Made by a program: the position numbers and the translations under genes. A stretch of 64,000 bases of DNA from Azolla caroliniana (Eukaryota > Plantae > Polypodiophyta), in the NCBI GenBank assembly GCA_043228905.1, contig JBHGNT010000009.1:21266001-21330000 (forward strand), written 5' to 3'. Shown one piece after another: positions 37,913-49,334 of this stretch (positions are counted from its first letter, which is position 1; each line of letters opens with the position of its first letter). Below the pieces are notes generated by a model that did not search any database, had not been told where the DNA came from, and was given only the letters and a program-made list of their open reading frames with translations.

Positions 37913-39952
37913 TCACTACAAGAAAACCAAGTTGTCGAGATGAATCCAAATGAAATAGATTTCATCACGTCCTTGTATGATTCTGAGGATGGTTATGCAT
38001 CACCATACTCCGCAACCATCGATGAAGACTTGGATTCATCTACATCCAAAGACTATGAGTCGGCTTCATCTAAAGAAGAGGCGGAGGAGGTTGATCCCTT
38101 CATGTACTGTTAGGCGAGGTATTTTGCGTTCACTAGAGGTATGTACGATTTAATGCTTAAAGATTTATTGGGTCAAGTTAAGGTAACATTTGAAATATTA
38201 AGCACACTCGGAAGGGGTGCACCTCTTAATTTACATGCATGGAGGCGCATCAAGAGTCGTCTCACGCTTAGAAATGAGAATGCAATACACCTTAAGGCAT
38301 CACCTCATCTTCAGATTACGCAAGTAGAGAAATGGAGGGAGATAGTATTGGCGTCACATTGTGGCGCATCGCACCGTTCTTTGACAAGTACTCTGTCAGA
38401 GTTAAAGAGACTTTGGTCTAATGACCTTCGTGACCATGGGATCCCTAGTGTGTATGTGAAAGCAGTGATTGACCAATTTGGTTGTCAAGTTGTGTCGAGG
38501 TTAACTCCATCTGACATGGAGGGGACAAGTGTTGTGAAATATAAAAAGTCTAGACCCATAGAAGTGATCAAGATAGAGTCACATAGGGTTGATGATACAC
38601 TCATAGATGTTCAATTGAGGTATCACGCACGCTTCCGTACAGGGATCACAAGGGGTGCACATGTGACTAGGTATAATTGTCACCGATGCGGTGTGGCCAA
38701 CAAGCAATATCCATGCACTCGACGTAGAAAGAATTCATCTCGATGTGGGTGTACTTTTCATTGGAACGCTCGAATGAATGGCGGGGTTGACCATGGGACA
38801 CTGACCGTTTCAATATATGGACCTCATACGGGTCATGTACCGGGAAGTAGACCAGATGCATACTATTTGCCAGTGGCCCCAAATGTTATAAGTTGTTGTA
38901 CAGATGACCTTTTTGATGTTGGTTGCGCACTACATGTGGCACGGATGAGCATGCGTAAGGAAGCATATCATAAGTCCAAGGCTAGTCCATTAAACCTTGT
39001 GAGTTATACGTTCTTTATGATACCAAAGGAGCTCAATAACATGGCCAACAAGTTAAAATTTGGGAGTGCCATGTCAGGGGTTGATTGGTCTTTGATGATG
39101 CAAGATGCATATGCCCTCCGAGATCTTGGGAAGGTGGCTCATGTCCAACCCTACTTGCCTGGTGAATATGGATCTCCCGCTGTCGTGAAGAAAACCGTCC
39201 ATAGGCGGAATCGGCAGACCAAGGCGTGGGAACCGGTTCCTCACGCGCGCACGCTCCAAGTCGAACATAGAAGCGAGCTAGGAGGATAATCGGCAGGAAC
39301 GGGCCCTAACACGAGTGGAGACAAAGACCGCGCGAACAGTCTTTTCGGTCGCGCGCGCGAGCTAAGGGACGGCACGAGTCGGCGGCGTAACTACACGGAT
39401 GCGTGAAGAATGGAGCGGATCCCTGTTCGAAAGGGACAAGGAATAAAGCTGACATGACGGCCTGCTCGTCGGCCTATATAAGGAGCAAGAAAGAGCTGTT
39501 GCTGGGCTCTCGCAGAGAGGAGGAAGTGCTGTCGGACCGTTTCTGGACGCTTCTCTCTCTGTTTCCTTCCTTCTTGAGCTCCATAGCTTTCTGTGCAGGG
39601 TCCCGAGGAGGCTCGCGCTGTTTCGAGGAACGCCCGAGTGCTTCCGGCAGCACCTCCGACCTGCTACCCCCCTTTGTGCGTTGAAGCGAACAGGCATCGG
39701 CATCTGTTCGCCGGCCTGTTCGGTTGTAGCCATTTTTCTTAATATACATATTTAGTCATTCGCATCTGTCTGTGTCGGTGTCTGTTCGCGTTCTCCGTGC
39801 TGAAGGGCCGTGTCCCTGTGTATCCCCGGTCCTGCGTAGCCGGTTCTCCCTCTTTCTCCTCCCTCGCTTGCTCTTTGGTTCGAGACCCCCGCGGTCCCGC
39901 CTCGTTTCCACCCGCACTTGCGTAATATCTTGACATCTTTGCTGAACCCGAC

Positions 39953-42106
39953 GTGAAAGAGGCGGCAGAAGAGCAGAAGATGAGGGGGTCGGATCTTGCA
40001 GAGGCCATGGCTTCGGCCGTGGATCGGATTGTAAACGCGCGCGAGGGTACCGGTGCCCTCGACAGAGCTATTGAGGCGGTCGTCGGCACGATCGGCCGGT
40101 TCGATGGGAGGGATGCCACGAAGTATCTGGCGTCCTACGGTGCAGAAATGTTGATGCGGGACATTCCGGAAGAAAGGCGTCTTGCCGGATTTCCCCGAGT
40201 GGCAATGCCGAGCATCCATGCGGAGGTGCTCGAGGTGCGGGCGGAGAGCCGTACCTGGGAGGAGTTCGAAGGTCGGCTCCTAGAGAAATACGGGCTGGAC
40301 GACGCGCTCCGGCTTTCGAAGCGAAGGTTCATGGAATGGGTGGAGTCCTCGGGGAAGGGAAGAAACGCGTCGGCACTCCTCCGGGAGTTCGAGGAAAACT
40401 TTGCGCGCCTTTCGGCGCTTGACCGAACCATCCTGGACACGAGCCGGGTTTTGCTGTTTGTCAAGTCGGTCGACGAGCGGGATCGGGAGCAAGTGGGCCT
40501 CTTGCTGGAAACCGAAGACGGGCTCACTACCGACTGGGCGGCTGTCAAGAAAGTCTGTGGCCGTTTCGACAAACGGCGAGAATGGGCGGATAACGGGGTA
40601 ACCGGGTCGGGCTCGGTCGCAGCAAGGAAGTTCGAACCAGCGCCACAGGTGCGAAAGGAAGAGACCGGAGAGTGGTTGGAAACCGGTTCGGCTTCGACCG
40701 GCGTAGTCAGAGGCTCAACCGGAGGAGCGGCGCTGGAGGAATTGACGAGGGCGGTAAAGGACCTCCAAATCGCGCAAGCCCGAAGGGAAGGTGGCGAACC
40801 GGCTCGTGACCGACGGCCGGCGGCAGGAAACAGGTGCATGTGGTGCGATGAAGTCGGCCACATTCGGAAGGACTGCGGCGACTTCGCGGAGGCGCTAAGG
40901 GACAGGGTGGTGTACCTGTGGGAAGGGCGGGTGCATGCCAGCGACACCCGAAGGGCCCTGAGCCGAAACGACGGGCGAGGTGGTATGAAAAGGTTGATGG
41001 AAGAGGCGGCGGCCCGACACGCGGAAACCGTCCACTACTCGGCGTCGGCCGGCATTCGAGTCGGGGGCGGCGAGGCCCGAAGGGAAAGCAAAGCCGGATT
41101 CTGGCCGACGATGCTGGGAGGCCTTGCCGGAGCAAGGCTTAAAGGGGAGGAATCGGACCGCGCGGAGAAACGGGTACGGGAGATAACCGGGTGGAGCGAC
41201 CCGGTCGAGGAAAGGACGGGCTTCGTGGAAGCCGCTTGCCAGAACTACGAGGCTCTGGTAGAAGAGAAGCGGGTGGGGAAACCCGGGACGACCGGGCCCT
41301 CACAACGATACGAGACCCGGTCCGGGCCACGACGGGACGAAGCCGGCGGGGCCGGTACGAAAGATAAACCCCAGAAGGGCGGGTATCGTCTGGGGACGGA
41401 GATAGAAAGGACCACGGACTTACGAAAGGTCCTGGAGGAACGGATCCTCGACAGCAAGGTGGAGCTGTCGTTACGAGAGGTGCTGGGGATCGCCAAGAAG
41501 GAGTTCCACGACTCCATCGTGGACTTGGTGAAACGGAAGAGGCTGTCAACGGAGACAGAACCGGAAAGACCAGTGGAAGTGCGGACGACGCACCTAGACG
41601 ACATGGCGCTGGGAGACGAGTGGGCGGAAAGCCACTACTCGAGACCACACTGGGCCCGAGCGACCACAGAAACCCCGGTGAAGATCGGCGATGTCCAGGA
41701 ACCGGTGATAGCTTTGGTGGACCACGGATCGGAGATCAACTTGATGTCCATGGACTTCTATAAGAAGGGCAAATGGCCGATCAACACCAAGCACGGGTGG
41801 AAAATAAGGGCGGCAACGCGCGGCACCGAGGAGCTGCACGGGGCCTGTCCGAATGTGCGAGTCAAGATCGGCGACGTCGAGATTGACCAGCACTTCTTCG
41901 TGCAGGAGACGTCTTCGCATCCGGTCATACTGGGAGAGCCGTACATCACGGCGGCGCGGATGGAGACCAAGGTGCTGGACAATGGTTCGGCCTACGCGAG
42001 GGTCAAAAGCCAAGACGGGCGCCATTCGGTCCAGTTTCTGACGGTACGGCCGAACCACGAACGTAACCGCGACTCCCTCGATTCCGAAAACCGAGAGGAT
42101 TTTTAG
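39953..42106 (+). CDS. gag: Gag-protease ORF1 of element B
   Basis: CMWCDEVGHIRKDC; LVDHGSEINL...ILGEPY; ends G GAT TTT TAG; the true start may be ATG 39980. Confidence 0.92.
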   Translation: MKEAAEEQKMRGSDLAEAMASAVDRIVNAREGTGALDRAIEAVVGTIGRFDGRDATKYLASYGAEMLMRDIPEERRLAGFPRVAMPSIHAEVLEVRAESRTWEEFEGRLLEKYGLDDALRLSKRRFMEWVESSGKGRNASALLREFEENFARLSALDRTILDTSRVLLFVKSVDERDREQVGLLLETEDGLTTDWAAVKKVCGRFDKRREWADNGVTGSGSVAARKFEPAPQVRKEETGEWLETGSASTGVVRGSTGGAALEELTRAVKDLQIAQARREGGEPARDRRPAAGNRCMWCDEVGHIRKDCGDFAEALRDRVVYLWEGRVHASDTRRALSRNDGRGGMKRLMEEAAARHAETVHYSASAGIRVGGGEARRESKAGFWPTMLGGLAGARLKGEESDRAEKRVREITGWSDPVEERTGFVEAACQNYEALVEEKRVGKPGTTGPSQRYETRSGPRRDEAGGAGTKDKPQKGGYRLGTEIERTTDLRKVLEERILDSKVELSLREVLGIAKKEFHDSIVDLVKRKRLSTETEPERPVEVRTTHLDDMALGDEWAESHYSRPHWARATTETPVKIGDVQEPVIALVDHGSEINLMSMDFYKKGKWPINTKHGWKIRAATRGTEELHGACPNVRVKIGDVEIDQHFFVQETSSHPVILGEPYITAARMETKVLDNGSAYARVKSQDGRHSVQFLTVRPNHERNRDSLDSENREDF

Positions 42107-45100
42107 AGAGGACTGCCAAGGCGTGGGGCCGCGACAGTCCAGATGCTCCGGGAAAACCCCACATCTGTACGATAAAACCGTGTACAATAGGTAGGAAATT
42201 TTGCTTCTCCGACAGCGGAGCATGTACGATGGTCGGCATCGCCGGCCGAGAAAAAACAAAGACGGAGGGGAGACTTCGGGCGTGCGGAGTTCTCGGCCCT
42301 GACGAAGAAATCAACGGAGCCGTGGAGGCAGTCTCCTTCGACGACACCTTGGGAATGCTGGGGAGGGTAGTCGAAGAAGACCTTATCGAAGACCGGACGA
42401 TACCGGTATGTTCCGAAGAAATGTACGAAGTCATCGCGGACTTCGGTCGAGGGCTCGAGTCGGAACGGACGGCCCGAGTTAGCACCAAGTACAAGACTGT
42501 GGACCGGAAGGTGAGGCCAGTTGCGGCGCCCTTACCGGAGGGCAGCGAGTCCCGAATCAAAGGGGTTGCATCGGACCCCAGCTTACGAGATCCGGCCTGC
42601 ATAGGACACACCTTCACCAACGAGACGCTACGCGAGCTGAAGATCGGTGGGGGCGGGTTCCTACTGCCGGTGGAGGAAGACCGGTTTCGGAGGATGCTCG
42701 GAAGGCACGAGAAAGCCTTCACATTCTCACCGGAGGAAATCGGGTGCGTAGACCCGACGATCGTAGAGCCGATGGTGATATTCACGGTACCGCATGTACC
42801 GTGGAATCTCAAGCCAATTCCGGTTCCGAGAGCTCACATCCCGAAGTTGATGGAGCTGTTGAAGCAGAAAGTTGATATGGGCATTCTCGAGCCGTCGAGC
42901 GCCCCGTACTCGAACCGGTGGTTTACCGTACCAAAGAAAAACGGATCATTGCGCTTCATTCAGGACCTGCAACCGGTCAATAGGGTGACCATTCGGAACG
43001 CAGGGATCGGACCGACCATAGACGAGTTCGCAGAGGCCTTCGCCGGAAGGTCGATTTACTCGGTCGGTGATCTATATTCAGGGTACGACCAGTTCCAGCT
43101 AGCCGTGGAAAGCAGAGACATTACGACGATGCGAACTCCCCTCGGCCTAGTGCGGATGTGTACGCTGCCGCAAGGAGGGACCAACTCGGTGGCCCACATG
43201 GTGAATGCAATGAACAAGGTGCTGAGGGACTGCATCCCGGACATCACCATGCCGTTTCTAGACGACATCCCGATCAAGGGATGCCCGGTAGAAGAGAAGG
43301 ACGAGACGATCGGGCCGGACGGATGCCGGCGATTCGTGGTAATGCACATCGACGACTGCGAGAAGGTGCTGCAAAGGCTAGAGGATGCGAGGCTCACCTT
43401 CTCGGGGGAGAAGTCGGCCTTCGGGCAGTCGGAAATCATGGTGGTCGGACATTTATGTGGACCATATGGCCGGAGACCGTCTCCGGCAAAGATAGAAGCC
43501 ATCTCCGCGATGAAGCCTGATTGCAGCTCGGTCACGGAAGTACGAAGATTCTTGGGGGCATGCGCCTTCTACTACATATGGATCCCGCATTACGCGCACG
43601 TCGCGGAGCCGCTGTACGGATTATTGAAGAAAGGGCGAAGATTCGAATGGCTAGACAAGCACACGGAGTCGGTCCGGAAGCTGAAGGAGGCTCTTTCGGC
43701 AGCACCGGCGCTCCGAAAGGCCGTCTACAGGAAGGGCACCCCAGTGTACATAACGGTTGACACGAGTCCGACCGGAATCGGGTGGGTCGTCAACCAAGAA
43801 GACGAGGACGGCAATCGGTTTCCGATCCGATTCGGCGCGAAGGTCCTCAGCGAACGGCAGCGAGGATACGCCCAGGTTAAACGCGAACTCTGGGGTATCG
43901 TTTCGGCGGTGAAGGCCGACAAGGACTATCTGATCGGGACAGAGGTAATCATAGAGACGGATTGCATGCCGATTCTCGGCATGGTTTCCGGATGCGCGAC
44001 GCCGGACCTGGCAATGCTCAGGTGGATAGCGTACATCAAGTCCCTGGACCCGGAAATACGACACATTTCCGGGAAAGACAACGCCATGGCCGACATGCTT
44101 TCAAGGGCGAGATTCGATGACGAGGGCGGCATGGTTTCGGAGGACGAAGAGGTCGGCGTGGACTTCTTCGAGACTGCGTATGTAACAACTGACGGAACAA
44201 GCACTCCGGCGCTTAACGACTTCGACGCGAGCAAGTACGACGGGGAGTGGCTGCAGATCGGTGGGTTTTTGAAGACAATGACGCCCGATGCGTCATGGAC
44301 GAAGGACGAGGCCAACCGGATCCGGAAGAAAGCGTACCGGTTCTTTCTCCGGGATGGCTATCTATGGAAGCACCCGAAGAAGAGGGACGGCGCTCCGCTC
44401 CGGGTGGTGGCGATGAAGGAAGAACAGGAGGAGCTGCTGACGGCCTACCACGACAGCCCTTGGGCTGGACACCGTGGAACATGGGCTACGTTTGAGAAAC
44501 TGAAGGGGAAGTATTGGTGGCCGGGGCAGTACCAGGACGTGCATCGGTTCGTGACAACTTGCGAGAGCTGTCAGATGCACTCCATAGTCCGACATCGGGA
44601 CGAGCTTCACCCCACGTACCCTCCGACCATCCACTTCAAATGGATGGTAGATCTGGTGACGATGCCAATGGGGGTAGGACAGATGCGGTACCTGGTCCTA
44701 GCGCGGGAGGATCTGATGAACCAGGTGGAAGGCCGGGCCCTTCCGAACAAAACGACCGCGGCCGTATGCCGGTTCCTAATCGAGGACGTGATATGCCGGT
44801 ACGGGTGCGTCGGGAAGATCGTGGCTGACCGAGGGGAGTTGGACGCCGAAGAAGCCGCGGAGCTGTTCGACCGGCTGGGAGTCAAGCTCTCGCTCACCAC
44901 TGCGTACAATCCGGAGGCGAATGGAAAGGTGGAGCGCGGCCACGGACCGATCGTCAAGGCGTTGGTTCGGGCATGCGGAGGCCGAGTCGGTAACTGGCCG
45001 CGGCTGCTACCTTATGCTTTGTGGGCAGACCGGACCACGCACAGTTCGGTAACCGGGTACATGCCGACGGAGCTCATGTTCGGCCAGAAGCCGATCATGC

Positions 45101-45585
45101 CGATAGAACGGACGATCTCCTCGTGGGCAACGGTCGACTGGAGGGACGAGATGAGCCGGGAGGAGTTGTTGGCCGCGCGCATACGACAGCTCGAGCGGAG
45201 ACCGGAGGACGTGGAACTGGCTGCGGAGAAGCTCCGGGTGGCGAGGAAAAAGAACAAAGCCAGGTTCGACCGAACGCACCGGCTCCGACCGAAGAAAATC
45301 GAAGAAGGTGACTGGGTGCTCGTCTACGACAGCAGCCTCGACAACCAGCACCGAGCTACACGGAAGTTCGCACGAAGGTGGTTCGGGCCTTACGTGGTAC
45401 GGAGCGCCAATGACAACGGGACCTATCACCTGGCGGAACTCGACGGCACGAGAATGGCGATACCGGTTGCAGGGAAGCGGATCAAAGCGTTCAAGAAGCG
45501 ACACGACGACGAGCCAGACCCGGCTCTCCTGGTCAGCAATGACGAACGATCCGAAAACGAGGAAGAACCGACGGGCGAGGAATGA
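42097..45585 (+). CDS. pol: Pol (RT-RH-INT) of element B, via -1 frameshift
   Basis: Uninterrupted -1 frame from the slippery site through the 1118-aa ORF; all catalytic motifs present; no chromodomain seen. Confidence 0.93.
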   Translation, partial: GFLERTAKAWGRDSPDAPGKPHICTIKPCTIGRKFCFSDSGACTMVGIAGREKTKTEGRLRACGVLGPDEEINGAVEAVSFDDTLGMLGRVVEEDLIEDRTIPVCSEEMYEVIADFGRGLESERTARVSTKYKTVDRKVRPVAAPLPEGSESRIKGVASDPSLRDPACIGHTFTNETLRELKIGGGGFLLPVEEDRFRRMLGRHEKAFTFSPEEIGCVDPTIVEPMVIFTVPHVPWNLKPIPVPRAHIPKLMELLKQKVDMGILEPSSAPYSNRWFTVPKKNGSLRFIQDLQPVNRVTIRNAGIGPTIDEFAEAFAGRSIYSVGDLYSGYDQFQLAVESRDITTMRTPLGLVRMCTLPQGGTNSVAHMVNAMNKVLRDCIPDITMPFLDDIPIKGCPVEEKDETIGPDGCRRFVVMHIDDCEKVLQRLEDARLTFSGEKSAFGQSEIMVVGHLCGPYGRRPSPAKIEAISAMKPDCSSVTEVRRFLGACAFYYIWIPHYAHVAEPLYGLLKKGRRFEWLDKHTESVRKLKEALSAAPALRKAVYRKGTPVYITVDTSPTGIGWVVNQEDEDGNRFPIRFGAKVLSERQRGYAQVKRELWGIVSAVKADKDYLIGTEVIIETDCMPILGMVSGCATPDLAMLRWIAYIKSLDPEIRHISGKDNAMADMLSRARFDDEGGMVSEDEEVGVDFFETAYVTTDGTSTPALNDFDASKYDGEWLQIGGFLKTMTPDASWTKDEANRIRKKAYRFFLRDGYLWKHPKKRDGAPLRVVAMKEEQEELLTAYHDSPWAGHRGTWATFEKLKGKYWWPGQYQDVHRFVTTCESCQMHSIVRHRDELHPTYPPTIHFKWMVDLVTMPMGVGQMRYLVLAREDLMNQVEGRALPNKTTAAVCRFLIEDVICRYGCVGKIVADRGELDAEEAAELFDRLGVKLSLTTAYNPEANGKVERGHGPIVKALVRACGGRVGNWPRLLPYALWADRTTHSSVTGYMPTELMFGQKPIMPIERTISSWATVDWRDEMSREELLAARIRQLERRPEDVELAAEKLRVARKKNKARFDRTHRLRPKKIEEGDWVLVYDSSLDNQHRATRKFARRWFGPYVVRSANDNGTYHLAELDGTRMAIPVAGKRIKAFKKRHDDEPDPALLVSNDERSENEEEPTGEE

Positions 45586-47804
45586 AGACGGGCCGGTTTT
45601 CTCCGTCCCAACTCTCTTGGCGCATACCGGAGGATGCGCGGTTAGGTGGGGGCGGATGTCGTGAAGAAAACCGTCCATAGGCGGAATCGGCAGACCAAGG
45701 CGTGGGAACCGGTTCCTCACGCGCGCACGCTCCAAGTCGAACATAGAAGCGAGCTAGGAGGATAATCGGCAGGAACGGGCCCTAACACGAGTGGAGACAA
45801 AGACCGCGCGAACAGTCTTTTCGGTCGCGCGCGCGAGCTAAGGGACGGCACGAGTCGGCGGCGTAACTACACGGATGCGTGAAGAACGGAGCGGATCCCT
45901 GTTCGAAAGGGACAGGGAATAAAGCTGACATGACGGCCTGCTCGTCGGCCTATATAAGGAGCAGGAAAGAGCTGTTGCTGGGCTCTCGCAGAGAGGAGGA
46001 AGTGCTGTCGGACCGTTTCTGGACGCTTCTCTCTCTGTTTCCTTCCTTCTTGAGCTCCATAGCTTTCTGTGCAGGGTCCCGAGGAGGCTCGCGCTGTTTC
46101 GAGGAACGCCCGAGTGCTTCCGGCAGCACCTCCGACCTGCTACCCCCCTTTGTGCGTTGAAGCGAACAGGCATCGGCATCTGTTCGCCGGCCTGTTCGGT
46201 TGTAGCCATTTTTCTTAATATACATATTTAGTCATTCGCATCTGTCTGTGTCGGTGTCTGTTCGCGTTCTCCGTGCTGAAGGGCCGTGTCCCTGTGTATC
46301 CCCGGTCCTGCGTAGCCGGTTCTCCCTCTTTCTCCTCCCTCGCTTGCTCTTTGGTTCGAGACCCCCGCGGTCCCGCCTCGTTTCCACCCGCACTTGCGTA
46401 ATATCTTGACACCGCAAGGCAACCGTTCATCTTGGTGCTCCAAGATGAATGGATGTTAGAGATGTGTGAGCGATTTTCAATAAACAACTCTTGGGCAATT
46501 GACTCCACGTTTAAAACAAACCAATTTGGCTTGCCATTATATGCAGCCATGGCCCCAAATGCCATGGGAGTTGGTATCCCATTATGGTACATGATATGTA
46601 GTTCTGATAAGGGGTCTAACCATGAGCAAGTAGCTTTAGAAACTTGCTTGAGAGTCATATTTGCACGGATGCCCAATGTGAGGCCAAATGCCATAGTCAT
46701 CGATAAAAGTTGGACATCATATAATGCCATAAGTAATGTGGTTGCAACAAACCGATTATCTTGGATAGTTACAAATGGGCAAAGGTCGCAAACACATTGT
46801 CGACTTTTGTTGTGTCACTTCCACGCAAAGAAAGCATGGTTGGACAACTTGTTGCCAAAGGTAAGTGCAATTGAGAGAAACAGTCTTTATAATCGGATGT
46901 GCCAACTCATGCAATGCATTACGGAATCCACATTCAATGCCCAATGTGAGGAGTTAAAGGTAGAATATGCAAACAAGCCAGGTGTTTGGCAATATATAGA
47001 AGGAGGATGGTGTGGCTTGACATGTGAGTGGAGGAAACTGTGGCCCAAATTTGGTAGAATGTTCAACTACGGACATGTTGACACTACCAATCTCGTGGAG
47101 AGACATTGGCAATTTATCAAATATACTGCCTTAAGAGGGAGGATAAACCAATCAATTACCGATCTTGTCCATGTTTTAATCGGGGACAGTCAAACTAGCA
47201 CTTGCATCGAGGGTACTGTTATTGAATGGTACAAGCAACGACAAGAAATATGTGAGAGTGGTAGATTTGCGGGTAAAATCATGCGAGTGGAAAGACTATT
47301 ATAGGTAATTAGCTACTAAAATGGCCATAGCTAATTAGCTATTTGTTTAGCTAGTCTTTTTTGTGGGAAAATCAAATATTTGAAAAACTAATTTATGAAA
47401 AAACTCAAATATTTGAACTTCTGTTTCAGACGTAGTGGAACTTGGGGAATAGCACCATCATCTAAGGTCAACTTCAATGTCATCCATTTCCTGTTTAGCC
47501 TAAGTTTGATTTTGAACGCAAATGGAGTACTCAGAGCACGGACGCAGACGTAGCTCCCGCAGCAGCAAAAAATCGACATTGCAAATTGAGAGCTACAACA
47601 CAGAACCCACTCGATCATCGTCCAGGTATGTTTTAGTTACAGAAACCCCAAACATTTGTTTTTTCTTTTTGACTACTGTCTGAACTTTGGTGCCGATTCA
47701 TATTTCCCCAAAATCGAATAGGGTAGATCGGGGATGTCTTGCAGATCGGGGAGTAGCAGCATGTGTGTTTATATTACTTTTTTTGTGTTTAATCTTGTCT
47801 TTAG

Positions 47805-48245
47805 TGATGATTGGGGTTTGTGATTGAAATTTCTGATTAGGGTTTTTGATTATAAATTTTTTATTAGAATTTCTAAATAGGGTTTCTGGTTACAAATTTT
47901 GATTACAGATTAGAATTTCTTAATAGGGTTTTTGTTTATAAATTTCTGTTTAGGATTTCTGATTAGGGTTTGTGATTGAAATTTCTGATTAGGGATTCTG
48001 ATTCAAATTTCTGATTAGGGTTTTTTATTATATATTTCTGATTAGAATTTCTGAATAGGGTTTCTGGTTACAAACTTCTGATTACAGATTTTGATTAGGG
48101 TTTCTGATTTCAAACTTCTAGTTACAGATTTTGATTAGGGTTTCTGATTTCAAATTTCTGAATACAAATTATGATTAGGGTTTCTGATTTGCTAAGTTAA
48201 AGATTTTGCACTATTTCTGTTGTTGTTGATTGGGGTTTCTGATTC
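47805..48245. repeat. Degenerate repeat with ttagggttt cores (about 29-bp units)
   Basis: Variants of ttctgattagggtttctgatttcaaa. Confidence 0.8.
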
Positions 48246-49334
48246 TGACATATTCTGATTTTGCACTATTTCTGATTTCTGAAATGATATTTTAGATGGC
48301 TCGTTCCTCCGTATCCGAGAGTGCTAAACTTTGCAAAATTTTGCGAGACAAAGGAGGACTTCCACAACACCTATGGTCTGTCACTCGAGGGTGTTGACCC
48401 TACTATCCTAAGTGATAAATTGATCAGTGATGTAGACTGAATGACAGTATGTAAAGAGATGACATTATTCAATGAAGAATTTAATTACTTGTTCCCACTG
48501 TACTTATCTATTGTGTAATTTGAGGAATATGTTGTAGATTGTTGATTTCATGTTAGTGCTTTATTTAACTGTATTTTCGAAATACATGTTTGTTTTACAC
48601 GAAAAGATGGTAATTGCTACTTATAGCTACAAGTTCCATGGCATACTGTTGTACATGGTTCTATTGACAGCTAATTAGCTACTGGTTATCAATTAGTTGC
48701 ATATGTACAGCTAATTAGCTACTGATGACTATTTACCTACTGACAGTTAATTAGCTACTGACAGCTAATTAGCTACTAGCTATATACAAGAAATTGATTC
48801 TCAAACGAATTTATTTAACTGTTTCCGCGAAATACATGATTGTTTTACAAGAGAACATGGTAATTGCTAGTTGTAGCTACAAATTCCATGGCATACTATT
48901 GTAAATACATTCATACACATTAGCACCAAGAGTGTATAAACCTGAGAAACTATTGTATTCTGACATTGGGATGTTGATGCACCTGACCAAATGAGAGTAC
49001 ATGTACGCCGCTAGTTTGTCTTCTAACAGCCTGTACACATATTCGTAGTCATCTAGTTTTGCATAAAAAATGCCTTCGATGTAGAATGTCCCGGCAGATA
49101 AAAAATTTCCCCATGCATCACTGTTTACTAACCGTGCACTTCAATATATAGAAATCAACACCCTCTGAATTGCCTTCTTCAGCATTTACAGCGACGTTAT
49201 CCCCAATGTTCAGGACATCACTCAAAGTATCTCCAAGTCCCTCATATGTGAAGTCAACATTCTGCCCTGTTTCTCCATCAACTGCTTCCTTATCATTCAG
49301 AGTGTGATACTCCCAATTCTGAATGTATGCTTTG

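Larger units (their letters stand above)
39181..46411 (+). mobile_element. Ty3/Gypsy element B, apparently intact, tRNA-Trp primed
   Basis: 755-bp LTRs 39181-39935 and 45657-46411 (about 3 differences seen), TSD ccgc, PBS 39940-39957 (one mismatch), PPT about 45644-45656. Confidence 0.97.
37940..47304 (+). pseudogene. Mutator (MULE)-like DDE transposase split by Gypsy B
   Basis: Joining 38141-39180 to 46416-47304 restores one frame (GSPA|RQPFILVLQ), about 642 aa, with IDSTFKTN..GLPLY, IVIDK, CHFH and TTNLVE. An upstream in-frame ATG at 37940 is separated by one TAG. Confidence 0.85.

Noticed and set aside
37914-37926. CACTACAAGAAAA, identical to the En/Spm (CACTA) terminal repeat
   Set aside because: No inverted partner or CACTA transposase was seen in the window and the adjacent ORF is MULE-like; a partner outside the window cannot be excluded.
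39362-46730. Many long antisense or alternative-frame ORFs over Gypsy B (also over A, C and the Copia elements)
   Set aside because: Expected shadows of GC-rich coding sequence or LTR read-through; no recognisable motifs.
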